Shown: positions 38,100-50,990, counted from the stretch's first letter. The stretch is DNA of 57,007 nucleotides from an uncultured Pseudomonadales bacterium (GCA_964601735.1 CAZROO010000005.1:1-57007); one strand, 5' to 3'. The notes: generated by a model from the letters alone, not told the origin. Numbers and translations: made by a program.

Positions 38100-38369
38100 T
38101 TACTTGGTCTTGAACAGCTTGATAATCAATTGATATTCATCCGGCGCGGGCAGGTTATCCACCAGCCACGCCATCAAATCATTCTCGCCGTTCAGCAGAA
38201 AATCCCGAACCGCCAATAACTGGCCGGCGTCCATCTCCTCGGTTTTGGGCAATAATCGGCGGCATAGCGTATCCAGTTCCAGTGTACCCCGGTAACTCAA
38301 CCGGTATTTCACTTCGCGCAAAAGGGCCTGCCGCTCCTCGATTTTTTCGGGTAAGCTCTGCGCATTCAT
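38100..38369 (-). CDS. sdhE: Succinate dehydrogenase FAD assembly factor SdhE/Sdh5
   Basis: YRLSYRGTLELD..., ENDLMAW; AGGAG RBS before MNAQ; between recG and mfd. Confidence 0.88.
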   Translation of the reverse strand: MNAQSLPEKIEERQALLREVKYRLSYRGTLELDTLCRRLLPKTEEMDAGQLLAVRDFLLNGENDLMAWLVDNLPAPDEYQLIIKLFKTK

Positions 38370-40497
38370 GGCCAGCACTCCTACCCCATCCAGCGCCCCG
38401 GTCAAGCCCGTTCACACGCTCCTCGCGCCTTATCCGCGCCTTGGTGGCATGAATCCCGCCGTCCACGAAAAACTCGTCGAGCTCTGCGGCCCGCGCTGGC
38501 TCGATCTTCTCCTCCACCTCCCCCGCAGCCTGCTCGACCGCTCTCAAACCCCCACTGTCGCCAGCGCCGAACTCTATAAAGAGAGCAACCAACGCGTCAC
38601 CCTCCAGCTCACCGTCGTCAAACGCCCGCCACTCCCGCGCCAAAACTTTAAGGGCAAAAATAAACGGCCCGTCGCCATCGAACTAAAGGATGAGACAGGC
38701 CCCCTCCGCGCCATCTTCTTCAACCCGCATGCATGGCTCGAGCGCGCCTTCCCCGTCGGCGGCGAAGTGATTATTTCCGGCAAACTCGAGGCCGACAACA
38801 AGGGCAAAAAAATCATCCACCCGGACGTTTTCTCTGTGAACAAAAACAGTAACCTGAGCGCCGTCGCCCGCATCGTGCCGCTCTACCCCGCCACCGCAGG
38901 GCTGCCGCAGGGCTGGATAAACCGCGCCATCCTCGTCGCGCAGGACGAACTCAAAAAATCAGCCCCTTTCCTCAACCTGCTGCCACCCGCACTGCATAAT
39001 TTCCCAACCCTCACCGAAGCCTTCATCGCCGCCCACAATCCGGTGGTGAATGAAGACATCCTCCCCACCACGCTCCCGCGCCGCACCCTCGGCTTCCACG
39101 AACTCCTCGCTTCCCAGGTCGCCATCCGCCTGGCCCGGGCCGACATGATGCGCCATCCCGGCATCCCCCACGGCAACAGCCTCATGCTCACCGGCAAACT
39201 GCTCGCCGCGCTGCCCTGGCCGCTCACCGCCGGCCAGCGCCAGGCCTACGAAGACATCAAAGCCGACCTCGAAACCCCACGCCCGATGCTCCGCCTCCTG
39301 CAAGGCGACGTCGGCGCGGGCAAAACCATCGTCGCCCTTCTCTCGCTGCTGCACGTCATCGAAAACGGCCATCAGGGCGTGCTCATGGCTCCCACCGAAA
39401 TCCTCGCCAACCAGCACTATGCCACCGCGCAAAAACTGCTCGCGCCGCTCGGCGTTACCGTCGGCCTGCTCACGGGCCGCATGACCGCCGCGCAAAAAAA
39501 ATCCCTCAAAGCCAAAATCCGCAGCGGCTTCGTCAACCTGCTCATCGGCACCCACGCGCTGGTGCAGGACGACGTCGTGTTCGACAAACTCGGCCTCGTC
39601 GTCATCGACGAACAGCACCGCTTCGGCGTCCGCCAGCGCTTGGCGCTATCCGAAAACCAATCCCTCCCGCCCGACGTATTATTAATGACCGCCACCCCTA
39701 TCCCGCGCACCCTCGCGCTCACGGTCTACGGCGACATGGACATCTCACTCATCAAATCCAAACCGCCGGGCCGCAAGCCCATCAAAACCGTCGCCAAACC
39801 CATCGAAAGCGTCGGCGACATCGCCCGCGGCCTGCAACGCATCCTCAATGCCGGCAACCAGGTCTACTGGGTCTGCCCGCTCATCGACGAAAACGAAGAA
39901 TCCGATTTGGCCGCCGCAACCAGCCGCGCCACAGCCCTGCAAAAAATCTACGGCAACAAAGTCGCGCTGATGCACGGCGGCATGAAGGCGCAGGAAAAAG
40001 ACGGCGTAATGACCGCCTTCAAAAACGGCGAAACCAGAATCCTCGTCAGCACCGTCGTCATCGAAGTCGGTATCGACGTCCCCAACGCCTCGGTCATGGT
40101 TATCGACCACGCCGAACGCTTCGGCCTTAGCCAACTTCACCAGTTGCGAGGCCGCGTCGGGCGCGGCGCGGCAGAGAGCAGTTGTATCCTGCTCTACCAA
40201 TCCCCGCTGGCCCCCTACGCGCAAGAGCGCCTCAACGCGCTCCGCCAATCCGAAGACGGATTCTTCCTCGCCGAAGAAGACCTCCGCCTGCGCGGCCCCG
40301 GCGAAATGCTCGGCACCAAACAGAGCGGCGAAGTCGCCACCCGCGTCGCCGACCTCTTTTACCACCGCGACCTCATCCCGCTGGCCCGCGACCATGCCGA
40401 CAAGCTGCTGGCCGATCCCACCCAGCGCCGCGCCCTCCAATTCCTGCTCGACATGTTCAACCACTCCAGCACCATCCCGCTCCTCCGCAGCGGCTGA
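38368..40497 (+). CDS. recG: ATP-dependent DNA helicase RecG
   Basis: DLLLHLP, LQGDVGAGKT, DEQHRFGV, MTATPIPRTL, AERFGLSQLHQLRGRVGRG, LRGPGE. Confidence 0.97.
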   Translation: MASTPTPSSAPVKPVHTLLAPYPRLGGMNPAVHEKLVELCGPRWLDLLLHLPRSLLDRSQTPTVASAELYKESNQRVTLQLTVVKRPPLPRQNFKGKNKRPVAIELKDETGPLRAIFFNPHAWLERAFPVGGEVIISGKLEADNKGKKIIHPDVFSVNKNSNLSAVARIVPLYPATAGLPQGWINRAILVAQDELKKSAPFLNLLPPALHNFPTLTEAFIAAHNPVVNEDILPTTLPRRTLGFHELLASQVAIRLARADMMRHPGIPHGNSLMLTGKLLAALPWPLTAGQRQAYEDIKADLETPRPMLRLLQGDVGAGKTIVALLSLLHVIENGHQGVLMAPTEILANQHYATAQKLLAPLGVTVGLLTGRMTAAQKKSLKAKIRSGFVNLLIGTHALVQDDVVFDKLGLVVIDEQHRFGVRQRLALSENQSLPPDVLLMTATPIPRTLALTVYGDMDISLIKSKPPGRKPIKTVAKPIESVGDIARGLQRILNAGNQVYWVCPLIDENEESDLAAATSRATALQKIYGNKVALMHGGMKAQEKDGVMTAFKNGETRILVSTVVIEVGIDVPNASVMVIDHAERFGLSQLHQLRGRVGRGAAESSCILLYQSPLAPYAQERLNALRQSEDGFFLAEEDLRLRGPGEMLGTKQSGEVATRVADLFYHRDLIPLARDHADKLLADPTQRRALQFLLDMFNHSSTIPLLRSG

Positions 40498-40510
40498 TTT
40501 CCTGAACGGC

Positions 40511-40536
40511 AGAAGGCCCCGTTCCCGGGGCCTTCT
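40511..40536. terminator. Bidirectional terminator
   Basis: AGAAGGCCCCG-ttcc-CGGGGCCTTCT. Confidence 0.85.
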
Positions 40537-40540
40537 CCAT

Positions 40541-40753
40541 TTATTCGCTTCGCTGAAAGTCCTGGCCGATGGCGGCAAAAGTGCGCCCCGCATTCACAAA
40601 CAAGGCGCCCCAGAACATCCACGGGAGCGCCATCAAATGGCCGAAGCCACTACCGTCGATAGACCTCATCGGCAGCTTCACCGGCTTGGGCCGTAAGCCG
40701 TTGAGGCGTTGCCTGCTGCTGAAAGGAATTACTTCGCCTGTTTCGTTCGTCAT
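40541..40753 (-). CDS. Small hypothetical protein (~70 aa)
   Basis: GGAG RBS before MTNETGEVIPF; flanked by terminators. Confidence 0.5.
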   Translation of the reverse strand: MTNETGEVIPFSSRQRLNGLRPKPVKLPMRSIDGSGFGHLMALPWMFWGALFVNAGRTFAAIGQDFQRSE

Positions 40754-40849
40754 GGCTACTCCAAGGGTTGAGCATGGTAAAAGGAAGGGTTCCAGATGCC
40801 TCATCGTGAAGCACAACCCCGCAAACACCTACCCCTCTGCAACAAAAAA

Positions 40850-40866
40850 GGGCCACCAAGTGGCCC
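40850..40866 (-). terminator. Terminator after ssb
   Basis: GGGCCAC-caa-GTGGCCC preceded by an A-run (T-run on the minus strand). Confidence 0.7.
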
Positions 40867-40883
40867 CGTAAAATCCCGTTCAA

Positions 40884-41348
40884 CTAAAACGGAATCTCGT
40901 CATCAAAAGGCGCGTCCTCGCTAATCTTCTTCGGCGTGCCCTTCGGCGCGGGGTTGCCAAAGCCGCTGTCGCCGCTACGTTGGTCAAAGTTGGAAGAATC
41001 CCCACCACCCTGGCGGCTACCCAGCATGGTCATGTTGTCCACGACGATCTCGGTGGTATAGCGCTCCTGGTTGTCCTTGTCGGTCCACTTGCGGGTTTGC
41101 AGGCGGCCTTCAAAGTAGGCGCTGCTGCCTTTCTTCAAATATTTTTCGGCAATTTCGGCCAGCTTGCCGTAAATAACGATGCGGTGCCACTCGGTCTTTT
41201 CCTCGCGCTGGCCGCTGTCCTTGTTGAACCAGCTGTCGGTGGTCGCCACGTTCAGGTTGGCAACCTTGTTGCCGTTCTGCAGCGCGCGCACCTCGGGGTC
41301 GCGCCCCAGGTTACCGATGATAATTACTTTGTTGACGCTCCCCGCCAT
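40884..41348 (-). CDS. ssb: Single-stranded DNA-binding protein
   Basis: [34 protein letters not shown], terminal DDEIPF. Confidence 0.98.
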   Translation of the reverse strand: MAGSVNKVIIIGNLGRDPEVRALQNGNKVANLNVATTDSWFNKDSGQREEKTEWHRIVIYGKLAEIAEKYLKKGSSAYFEGRLQTRKWTDKDNQERYTTEIVVDNMTMLGSRQGGGDSSNFDQRSGDSGFGNPAPKGTPKKISEDAPFDDEIPF

Positions 41349-41437
41349 AATAATCCCTCTCTGTTAATTGCGTTGCACCCTAGCCCAATTACATTGTATA
41401 CCCAAGTACCTTAACGTGCGCCGCAGAGGAGACTCCT

Positions 41438-41698
41438 ATGGCCATCGATGAACCTTCTTTTTTCTACAATCTCCACTGCTGGGAGCCTTGCATTCTTCCC
41501 GGCAAAGCCCCACCCCCCGACCCCGTTATTGAGTCCTACGCCGACCAGCCCACAGCTATCCAAAACCTTCGCACTAAAAATGCAATTAAGGATGAATACG
41601 AGGATTATTACATCTCCACGCCAACAGGAAAGTTCCTCTGGATTAACAAAGAAGGCTCTCTCATCGAGAGCGAAAAGCCCTTCGCCAAACCAGCCTGA
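41438..41698 (+). CDS. Orphan AT-richer protein (86 aa) between ssb and uvrA
   Basis: AGGAG RBS, own terminator. Confidence 0.65.
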   Translation: MAIDEPSFFYNLHCWEPCILPGKAPPPDPVIESYADQPTAIQNLRTKNAIKDEYEDYYISTPTGKFLWINKEGSLIESEKPFAKPA

Positions 41699-41705
41699 TA
41701 TCAAT

Positions 41706-41737
41706 TATACCCCGCCTGTCCAGCACGGCGGGGTATA
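41706..41737 (+). terminator. Terminator 32 nt upstream of the uvrA start
   Basis: TATACCCCGCC-N10-GGCGGGGTATA then GTTTTTT. Confidence 0.75.
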
Positions 41738-41769
41738 GTTTTTTAACCCTTTTCATGGCATAAGCAGCC

Positions 41770-44811
<3,042 letters not shown>

Positions 44812-44895
44812 CGAAATCCCCGTCACGGGGTTCGTATGCTCTTTACGATCAGACAAACTATGGAACGCCAGTATACACCTAACTCACTGTATACC

Positions 44896-44923
44896 TTGAC
44901 ATATTTTTCGCGCCCACCACAAT
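44896..44923 (+). promoter_or_regulatory. Sigma70-like promoter
   Basis: TTGACA-N16-CACAAT. Confidence 0.5.
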
Positions 44924-44978
44924 ACATATGAGCAACCTTGCTCAATCTCCATATTCCTTTTTGCTTGGAGGAATTCCA

Positions 44979-45503
44979 ATGATTAAAAATATCTTTAGTT
45001 TTGTCGTCGCCGCAGTCGCCGTCGCGTTCATTTCTGCATTGCCGTCACAAACTAGCGCACAAACCACTTATCGGACTAAGGCCGGTTATGCCGATGGCCC
45101 TGTGTATGTCGGCCGCCCTGCGACACCCGACAGCCCTGCATCCATCGACCGGACGCCCGCCAAGTTTGGTATCGCCCCCAACGGCCGGTTAGAGGTGTGC
45201 TGGACCCATTACAACCAGTGCATCACCTTCAGCCACCTCAACGCTCGCCACACCGGCGGTGTCGGTACCTGTAGCGGTGAGCACGATGGATTGCAGGCTC
45301 TGACCACAAATGCCTTCAGTGCTAATGGCCAGAATCGCGGCTACATCGAAGCAGGCTTCCAGGACTGCCAGCGCGGTCTCGGCTACTGGCAGGGCCAATT
45401 ATGCATTTCCACCACCGAGCCGATTTCGGGAAGATGGGACCAATGCGGTTTCGTCGTTGAAGTCGACCGCCGCTACAACGACACCAACTACGACGGTGAT
45501 TGA
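44979..45503 (+). CDS. Exported orphan protein with six Cys (174 aa)
   Basis: GGAGG RBS before MIKNIF; Sec signal peptide; own promoter and terminator. Confidence 0.75.
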   Translation: MIKNIFSFVVAAVAVAFISALPSQTSAQTTYRTKAGYADGPVYVGRPATPDSPASIDRTPAKFGIAPNGRLEVCWTHYNQCITFSHLNARHTGGVGTCSGEHDGLQALTTNAFSANGQNRGYIEAGFQDCQRGLGYWQGQLCISTTEPISGRWDQCGFVVEVDRRYNDTNYDGD

Positions 45504-45527
45504 TACAGCGTCGCGCCACTACTAACG

Positions 45528-45557
45528 AATAAAGGCCACCGAAAGGTGGCCTTTATT
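45528..45557. terminator. Bidirectional terminator
   Basis: AATAAAGGCCACC-GAAA-GGTGGCCTTTATT. Confidence 0.92.
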
Positions 45558-45567
45558 TTTAAAAAAC

Positions 45568-46086
45568 CTATTCAGCCGGGTCATGCACCTCAGTGCCAAG
45601 GTGCAACGCCTTCCCGTCATAGCATAAAAACCGCACCGTCCGCCCGCCATCCGGCCGCGTCAGCACCTTAATCTGCTGATGCTTCGCGCTCAGCTCCGGG
45701 CAATCGCGCTTGCCCTCGCCCCACAGCTTTTTCAGAATGTCATTGTTCTGCTGCACAATCTGCTTTTGCGCCGCAGTCACATTCACCAGGTTCACGTTCT
45801 GGAATTGCTGTACCTGGTCGCTCACGCCCGCACTCTTGGCGTTGGCGTCGTCCACCTTCTTCTGCATGGCCATGTTCTGGCGTTGCAGGTCGCGCATGTC
45901 GCTGCGCAGCTGCAAAATCTGCTGCTGTAATTTGTCCATCATCTGGTCGGTGCGCATCTGCTGGGTACTGGGCGTGCTGGTGGGAATCCCCGCCGCATTA
46001 GCCGCCTCCGGGCTCATGGTTTGCGCCAACGCCGTTCCCGCCAACGCCGCAAACACAACACCCAAGGCCACCGTTTTTATTTTCAT
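45568..46086 (-). CDS. Exported coiled-coil hypothetical protein
   Basis: Signal peptide (GTALA), Q/M-rich heptads, small C-terminal domain with two Cys. Confidence 0.75.
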   Translation of the reverse strand: MKIKTVALGVVFAALAGTALAQTMSPEAANAAGIPTSTPSTQQMRTDQMMDKLQQQILQLRSDMRDLQRQNMAMQKKVDDANAKSAGVSDQVQQFQNVNLVNVTAAQKQIVQQNNDILKKLWGEGKRDCPELSAKHQQIKVLTRPDGGRTVRFLCYDGKALHLGTEVHDPAE

Positions 46087-46103
46087 GCCCCCAGCCTAAC
46101 AAA

Positions 46104-46127
46104 AAACGGGGGCCTTAACCCCCGTTT
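46104..46127 (-). terminator. Terminator after the SOD gene
   Basis: AAACGGGGG-ccttaa-CCCCCGTTT, preceded by an A-run. Confidence 0.7.
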
Positions 46128-46146
46128 GCCTACGTTTAAGCCATGT

Positions 46147-46764
46147 TTAAAGCTTGAAGCGCGGGCTCGCCTTCCCATCCAAACAAGCCTGCGTGCGTTC
46201 TTCCACCACGTCCCAGTTCACGTTGTTCACAAACGCCTCAATGTACTTGCCCCGCTCAGTCACGGCGTAGTCAATGAGGAACGCATGCTCCCACACGTCC
46301 ATGCTCAGCAGAATTTCATACCCAGGCATATGCCCATCGTTATGCAGTTCAATGAAGTGGTTGTTCACATCACCGGTGATGGGGTCCAGGTAAACAATCG
46401 CATGCCCCACGCCGCGCGTACCGCCGCAGGCCTTGAAGTCCGCCAGCCAGGCATCATAGCTCCCGTACTTCTCCGCCACTTTTTTCTTGAAGTCCGCAGC
46501 CTTGTTGTCCACGCCCGCCTTCAGGTTGGCAAAGTAGTAATCGTGAACCAGCATGCCGCACATCTCAAACGCCTGACGACGACGACGGTCGGCATAAAGC
46601 GGCGTACCGCCCTCACCTTTCTCGCGCATGTCGGCCAACTGCTTAATCAACGTGTTGGTCTGCGTCACGTAGCCTTCATAAAGCTTCCAGTGTTCGTCGA
46701 TCTGCTTGTCGGAAATCCCCACCAGCCCCTTGGGCTTGAATTCAATACGCGCTTTATACTCCAT
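46147..46764 (-). CDS. sod: Fe/Mn superoxide dismutase (divergent LYxGYV type)
   Basis: EHWKLYEGYV, LVHDYYF, MDVWEHAFLIDY metal ligands; AAGGAG RBS before MEYK. Confidence 0.92.
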   Translation of the reverse strand: MEYKARIEFKPKGLVGISDKQIDEHWKLYEGYVTQTNTLIKQLADMREKGEGGTPLYADRRRRQAFEMCGMLVHDYYFANLKAGVDNKAADFKKKVAEKYGSYDAWLADFKACGGTRGVGHAIVYLDPITGDVNNHFIELHNDGHMPGYEILLSMDVWEHAFLIDYAVTERGKYIEAFVNNVNWDVVEERTQACLDGKASPRFKL

Positions 46765-46835
46765 AGTGTTTCTCCTTTTCTGAATAGTCGAAGAATACGC
46801 CCACCCGCATAAAAAAACCACCCTTCGGTGGCTTA

Positions 46836-47948
46836 TTACATTTTAAACTGCTTCGCCAGCTTCAACCGCTGACCCGCATAATTCGACCCAATCCCGCTCC
46901 CATAAAGCGCATCAGGTTCCCCACTGAGATGCTCATAAATAAACCGCCCAATCCGCTGCCCATCCTTCAATACGCACGGCACGTCATGCGCGCGTACTTC
47001 CAGCACGGCAGGCGTCCCGTGGAATTTCCCCTCGGTCATGCCCCAACCGGGGTCGAAAAACCCGGCATAGTGCACGCGCAATTCGCCAATGCGCGTATCA
47101 TACGCCACCATCTCGGCCGAATACCCCGGCGGCACGCAAAGGTGCTCACGCGAAACGAAAATATAGAATTCCTCAGGGTACAAAATCAGCGGCGCGCAAT
47201 CACTGGCGGTAATCGGCTCCCAAAAACGCCGCCACGGATAGTTCGCGATCTTGGCCAGATCAATCGGCTGGGTATGCCGCTTGGCGCGGTAGCCGATAAT
47301 GGGATTTTCCCCCGCACCATCATCCTTGCGCGTCAAATCGATGCTCACCCAAAGCCCTTCGCGCATGTGCGCCACTTCGTCCGGCTCGCGCAACCCGAAC
47401 AGCAACGGGTTCTTTTCATGCAATGCCATCAAGTCCACATCGCTCACGCGCACGTCGCCGTTGCGCAGCCGCAGCTGCGTCAGCTTGTCGCCCATCCGCG
47501 CCATAATCGGGAAGGTCAGCGGCGAAATCTCCAAATACAGCGGTCCCTCATACCCCTCGGCCACGGTGTCGTAGATGCTGGTATCATCGGTCAGAACGCG
47601 CACAAAAATATCCAGCCGCCCGGTACTGCTCTTGGGGCTGCATGTCCCCTGCACGCCCTTCGGCAACTTCAAGCCTTCCTGCAACGGAACCAGATAAACC
47701 GCGCCACGCTCAAACAATTGCGGCTTGGTCAAATCCATCTCACCCATCACCAGGTCGGCAATGCGCTCACTCACCGTGCCGCGCGGCCCCGGCAACATGC
47801 TGGCCTGAATCCTGTACGCCTTCGCCCCCAACCGCAAATCAATGCTGGCAGGCTGAATCTGCCCCTTCTCCACCGGCGTGGAGGCGGAAATGCCGCCCGA
47901 CCCAATCAGGCCCTTCAGTTCCGCATCAACCAGTACACCGGTTTTCAT
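46836..47948 (-). CDS. dcd: 2'-deoxycytidine 5'-triphosphate deaminase (two-domain alphaproteobacterial type)
   Basis: QIQPASIDLRLG, PKSSTGRLDIF, LEISP, ELRVHYAGFFDPG, AVLEVR, GSNY..Q.LKLAK. Confidence 0.93.
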   Translation of the reverse strand: MKTGVLVDAELKGLIGSGGISASTPVEKGQIQPASIDLRLGAKAYRIQASMLPGPRGTVSERIADLVMGEMDLTKPQLFERGAVYLVPLQEGLKLPKGVQGTCSPKSSTGRLDIFVRVLTDDTSIYDTVAEGYEGPLYLEISPLTFPIMARMGDKLTQLRLRNGDVRVSDVDLMALHEKNPLLFGLREPDEVAHMREGLWVSIDLTRKDDGAGENPIIGYRAKRHTQPIDLAKIANYPWRRFWEPITASDCAPLILYPEEFYIFVSREHLCVPPGYSAEMVAYDTRIGELRVHYAGFFDPGWGMTEGKFHGTPAVLEVRAHDVPCVLKDGQRIGRFIYEHLSGEPDALYGSGIGSNYAGQRLKLAKQFKM

Positions 47949-47969
47949 ATTCCCCCCAACCACCAGTCG

Positions 47970-48893
47970 CTAACCGTTAGCCGCTTTTTTCCGGTAGTAC
48001 TCCTCCAGGGCAAGCAACGTGCTGCTGCTCACAAAAATGCTCGAGTACGTCCCCAGCATCACGCCAATCAGCATCACGCGGGCAAAATCGTGAATCGCCT
48101 CGCCGCCGGAAAAGAACAGCACGGTCAGCACCAGCAGCACGCTGCCGCCGGTCATAATCGTCCGGCCCAGCGTCTGGTTGACCGACATATTAATCAGTTC
48201 CTTCAGCGGCATCGCCGGGTAGCGGCTGCGGTTTTCGCGGATACGGTCAAAAATCACGATGGTCTCGTTCAGCGAGTACCCAATCAGGGTCAGAATCGCC
48301 GCCAGCACCGTCAGCGTAATCTCGGTACGCAGCAGCACCATAATGCCGATGGTCAGAATCACGTCGTGGCAAAGCGACAGAATCGCCCCGATGCCGAACC
48401 GCATTTCAAACCGCGACCACAGATAAATCAGAATCGCCAGCACACTCAGCAGCATGGCTTCCAGGCCTTTGGTCTGGAGTTCCTTCCCCACCTGCGGGCC
48501 CACAAACTCCACCCGGCGAAGTTCGGCGCCACCAGCCGCAGCCTTCAGCGAATCCACAATATTCTGCTCGGCACTGGCAGGCTGCACCTTCGGGTCATTA
48601 CCGGGCAACCGAATCAAAAACTCGTTCGGCGCCCCAAATTCCTGGAACGTCCCACCCACAAAGCCCAGCTTCTCCACCGCCTCGCGCACCTCGTGCACGG
48701 TCAGGGGCCGGGCGGTCTGCACTTCCACCAGCTTGCCGCCCACAAAGTCGATGCCGTAATTAAGGCCCTGCACACCCAGCAGCCCAAACACCAGCAGCAC
48801 CATCGCAATGCTGCTCCAAATCCAGAAAGGCCGCCACGCCATAAAGTTGAAAGTCGGCAGCTTCTCAAAAGGTTTAATCGGTAAAATCGCCAT
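47970..48893 (-). CDS. secF: Protein translocase subunit SecF
   Basis: GIDFVGG, EFVGPQVG, HDVILT, GYSLNETIVIFDRIREN, QTLGRT. Confidence 0.97.
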   Translation of the reverse strand: MAILPIKPFEKLPTFNFMAWRPFWIWSSIAMVLLVFGLLGVQGLNYGIDFVGGKLVEVQTARPLTVHEVREAVEKLGFVGGTFQEFGAPNEFLIRLPGNDPKVQPASAEQNIVDSLKAAAGGAELRRVEFVGPQVGKELQTKGLEAMLLSVLAILIYLWSRFEMRFGIGAILSLCHDVILTIGIMVLLRTEITLTVLAAILTLIGYSLNETIVIFDRIRENRSRYPAMPLKELINMSVNQTLGRTIMTGGSVLLVLTVLFFSGGEAIHDFARVMLIGVMLGTYSSIFVSSSTLLALEEYYRKKAANG

Positions 48894-48917
48894 GTCAGAA
48901 CTCCTTAAATCGCCACG

Positions 48918-50483
48918 TTAAATAGGCAGGTTGCTGGGCCGCGCCCACTTAATCCACGCCAGGCAAATCCAGCGCGTCAGCGTTACACTTGTAAACAAAC
49001 TGGCCGAAAGCCCGATAATCAGCGCCACGCTAAAGCCCTTGATCGGCCCGGTACCAACAAGGAACAGCGCCACCGCCGCCACCAGCGTGGTCACGTGGCC
49101 GTCCAGAATAATGCTGAACGCCCGTTCAAACCCGCGCATCAGCGCCGCCAAAGGGCGAAGCCCGTGTTTCACTTCCTCGCGGATACGCTCAAAAATCAGC
49201 ACATTGGCATCCACCGCCATGCCCAGCGTCAACACAATCCCGGCCATACCCGGCAGCGTCAGGGTAAAACCGAACAACGTCATCGCCGCCACCAGCAGCA
49301 GCAGGTTCACCACCAGCGCCAGGTCGGCAATCGCGCCAAACAGGCCATAGAACAACACCATGAACAGCAACACAGCCCCCGTCCCCACCACAATCGCGGT
49401 CTGGCCGGCAGCCACACTATCAGCACCCAGAGTCGGGCCCACGGTACGCTCTTCAACCACGCTCACGCTGGCGGGCAACGCCCCGGCGTTTAAAATGGCA
49501 GCCAGATCCTGCGCTTCCTGCTGGGTGAAGTGGCCGCTAATCTGCGCCCGCCCGCCCAGAATCGGCTCACGGAAAACCGGCGCGCTCACCACTTTACCGT
49601 CCAGCACAATGGCAAAACGCTTGCCCACGTTTTTGGTTGAAATATCCGCAAAAATCCGCGTCCCCCGGCTGTCGAAAGCGATATCCACCGCGCTGCCGCC
49701 ATACTGGTCGTAGCTGGCGCCCGCGCTGGTCAGCAAATCACCCGTCAACGCCGGGCGACGGTCAACAACCAGCGGACGCTGCCCCACCACCTTGCCGGTG
49801 TCGTCGGTCACGTCTTCGTTGAGCTTTAGCTTGTCGCCAATCACCGGCGCGCCGTTGTCGGCGTTTTCGTCCACCAGGTGGAAGGTCAACTGCGCCGTCC
49901 GTCCAATCGCGGCCTTGGCCCGCGCCACATCCTTCACACCGGGAAGCTCCACAATCACGCGCCGGTCGCCCTGCTGCTGAATCATCGGCTCGGCCACGCC
50001 AAATTCGTCCACGCGCCCGCGCAGCACCTGCAACGTCTGCGCCACCGCGCGCTTCTGCATTTCTTCCTTGCGCACGTCGGTAAAGCTCAGCGTCGTCACG
50101 CCGTTGGCGGTTTGGGCCTGAATCCCATCCCGCGCCAGATTATCCAGAATCTTCTTCGCCGCAGCCGGGTCACGCAGTTGAACCGTCACGCCATCAGCAG
50201 TGGCGTGCAAGCCAGTGTAGCCAACCTGCGCCTCATGCGCCTGGGCGCGGAAATCATCAGTAAGGTTGTCATACGCACGCTGCCACACGTCCTTCAAATT
50301 CACTTCCAGCACCAGGTGGGCACCGCCCTGCAAGTCCAGCCCCAAACTCATGGCATTATGCGGAAGGAAAGACGGCAGTTTCTCCCGCGCCGCAGGAGAA
50401 AGCGCATTCGGCAAACTGATAATGAACGCGGCACTAATCAGCACCACCACCAAAATGCGCAGCGGCAACGAAATCTGGGGCAT
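48918..50483 (-). CDS. secD: Protein translocase subunit SecD
   Basis: LGLDLQGG, RVDEFGVAEP, IVLDGKVVSAP, GPTLGADS, AVDANVLIFERIREE. Confidence 0.97.
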   Translation of the reverse strand: MPQISLPLRILVVVLISAAFIISLPNALSPAAREKLPSFLPHNAMSLGLDLQGGAHLVLEVNLKDVWQRAYDNLTDDFRAQAHEAQVGYTGLHATADGVTVQLRDPAAAKKILDNLARDGIQAQTANGVTTLSFTDVRKEEMQKRAVAQTLQVLRGRVDEFGVAEPMIQQQGDRRVIVELPGVKDVARAKAAIGRTAQLTFHLVDENADNGAPVIGDKLKLNEDVTDDTGKVVGQRPLVVDRRPALTGDLLTSAGASYDQYGGSAVDIAFDSRGTRIFADISTKNVGKRFAIVLDGKVVSAPVFREPILGGRAQISGHFTQQEAQDLAAILNAGALPASVSVVEERTVGPTLGADSVAAGQTAIVVGTGAVLLFMVLFYGLFGAIADLALVVNLLLLVAAMTLFGFTLTLPGMAGIVLTLGMAVDANVLIFERIREEVKHGLRPLAALMRGFERAFSIILDGHVTTLVAAVALFLVGTGPIKGFSVALIIGLSASLFTSVTLTRWICLAWIKWARPSNLPI

Positions 50484-50831
50484 CTACTTCACTCCCGCCA
50501 GCTTGGCTTCATCAACGGTCAGCTTGCGCTCCACCGCACGCCGCGCCAGCACCAGCTCGCTGTCCCCGGCCCGCACGCGCACAAATTTGTCATCCACTTT
50601 GGTCACCACGCCAATCACGCCACCGCTGGTTTCCACTACATCGCCCTTGGCCAACGCCTTCAACATCTCGGCCTGCGCCTTGGCGGCCTGGCTTTGCGGA
50701 CGAATCACCAACACATAAAACACCACAACAATCAAAATCAGCGGCGCATAGCTAAAAATCATCGCAGGCAACCCGGTCTGCGCATCGGCACTGGTGGTGG
50801 CCGCTTGGGCCCAGGCATTCTCAATAAACAT
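50484..50831 (-). CDS. yajC: Preprotein translocase subunit YajC
   Basis: FYVLVIRPQ, LAKGDVVETSGG; precedes secD. Confidence 0.93.
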   Translation of the reverse strand: MFIENAWAQAATTSADAQTGLPAMIFSYAPLILIVVVFYVLVIRPQSQAAKAQAEMLKALAKGDVVETSGGVIGVVTKVDDKFVRVRAGDSELVLARRAVERKLTVDEAKLAGVK

Positions 50832-50990
50832 AGTCTTCAGTCCTTGTTCCAAGCCGCACCCTAATTAAGCATTCCATAATTGTCTACAGCCTCGCCAGCC
50901 ACAAAAGCACTTGAAAAGACCTCTCTCCCGCCCTAATAAAAGGGAGTCAACCCTTTGCGTTTCTTCTCGGCAAATCAAGGAACCCCCTCG

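Noticed and set aside
44887-44902. CTGT-N8-ACAT as a gammaproteobacterial LexA box
   Set aside because: Imperfect, not upstream of a repair gene, and the wrong motif for an alphaproteobacterium-like host
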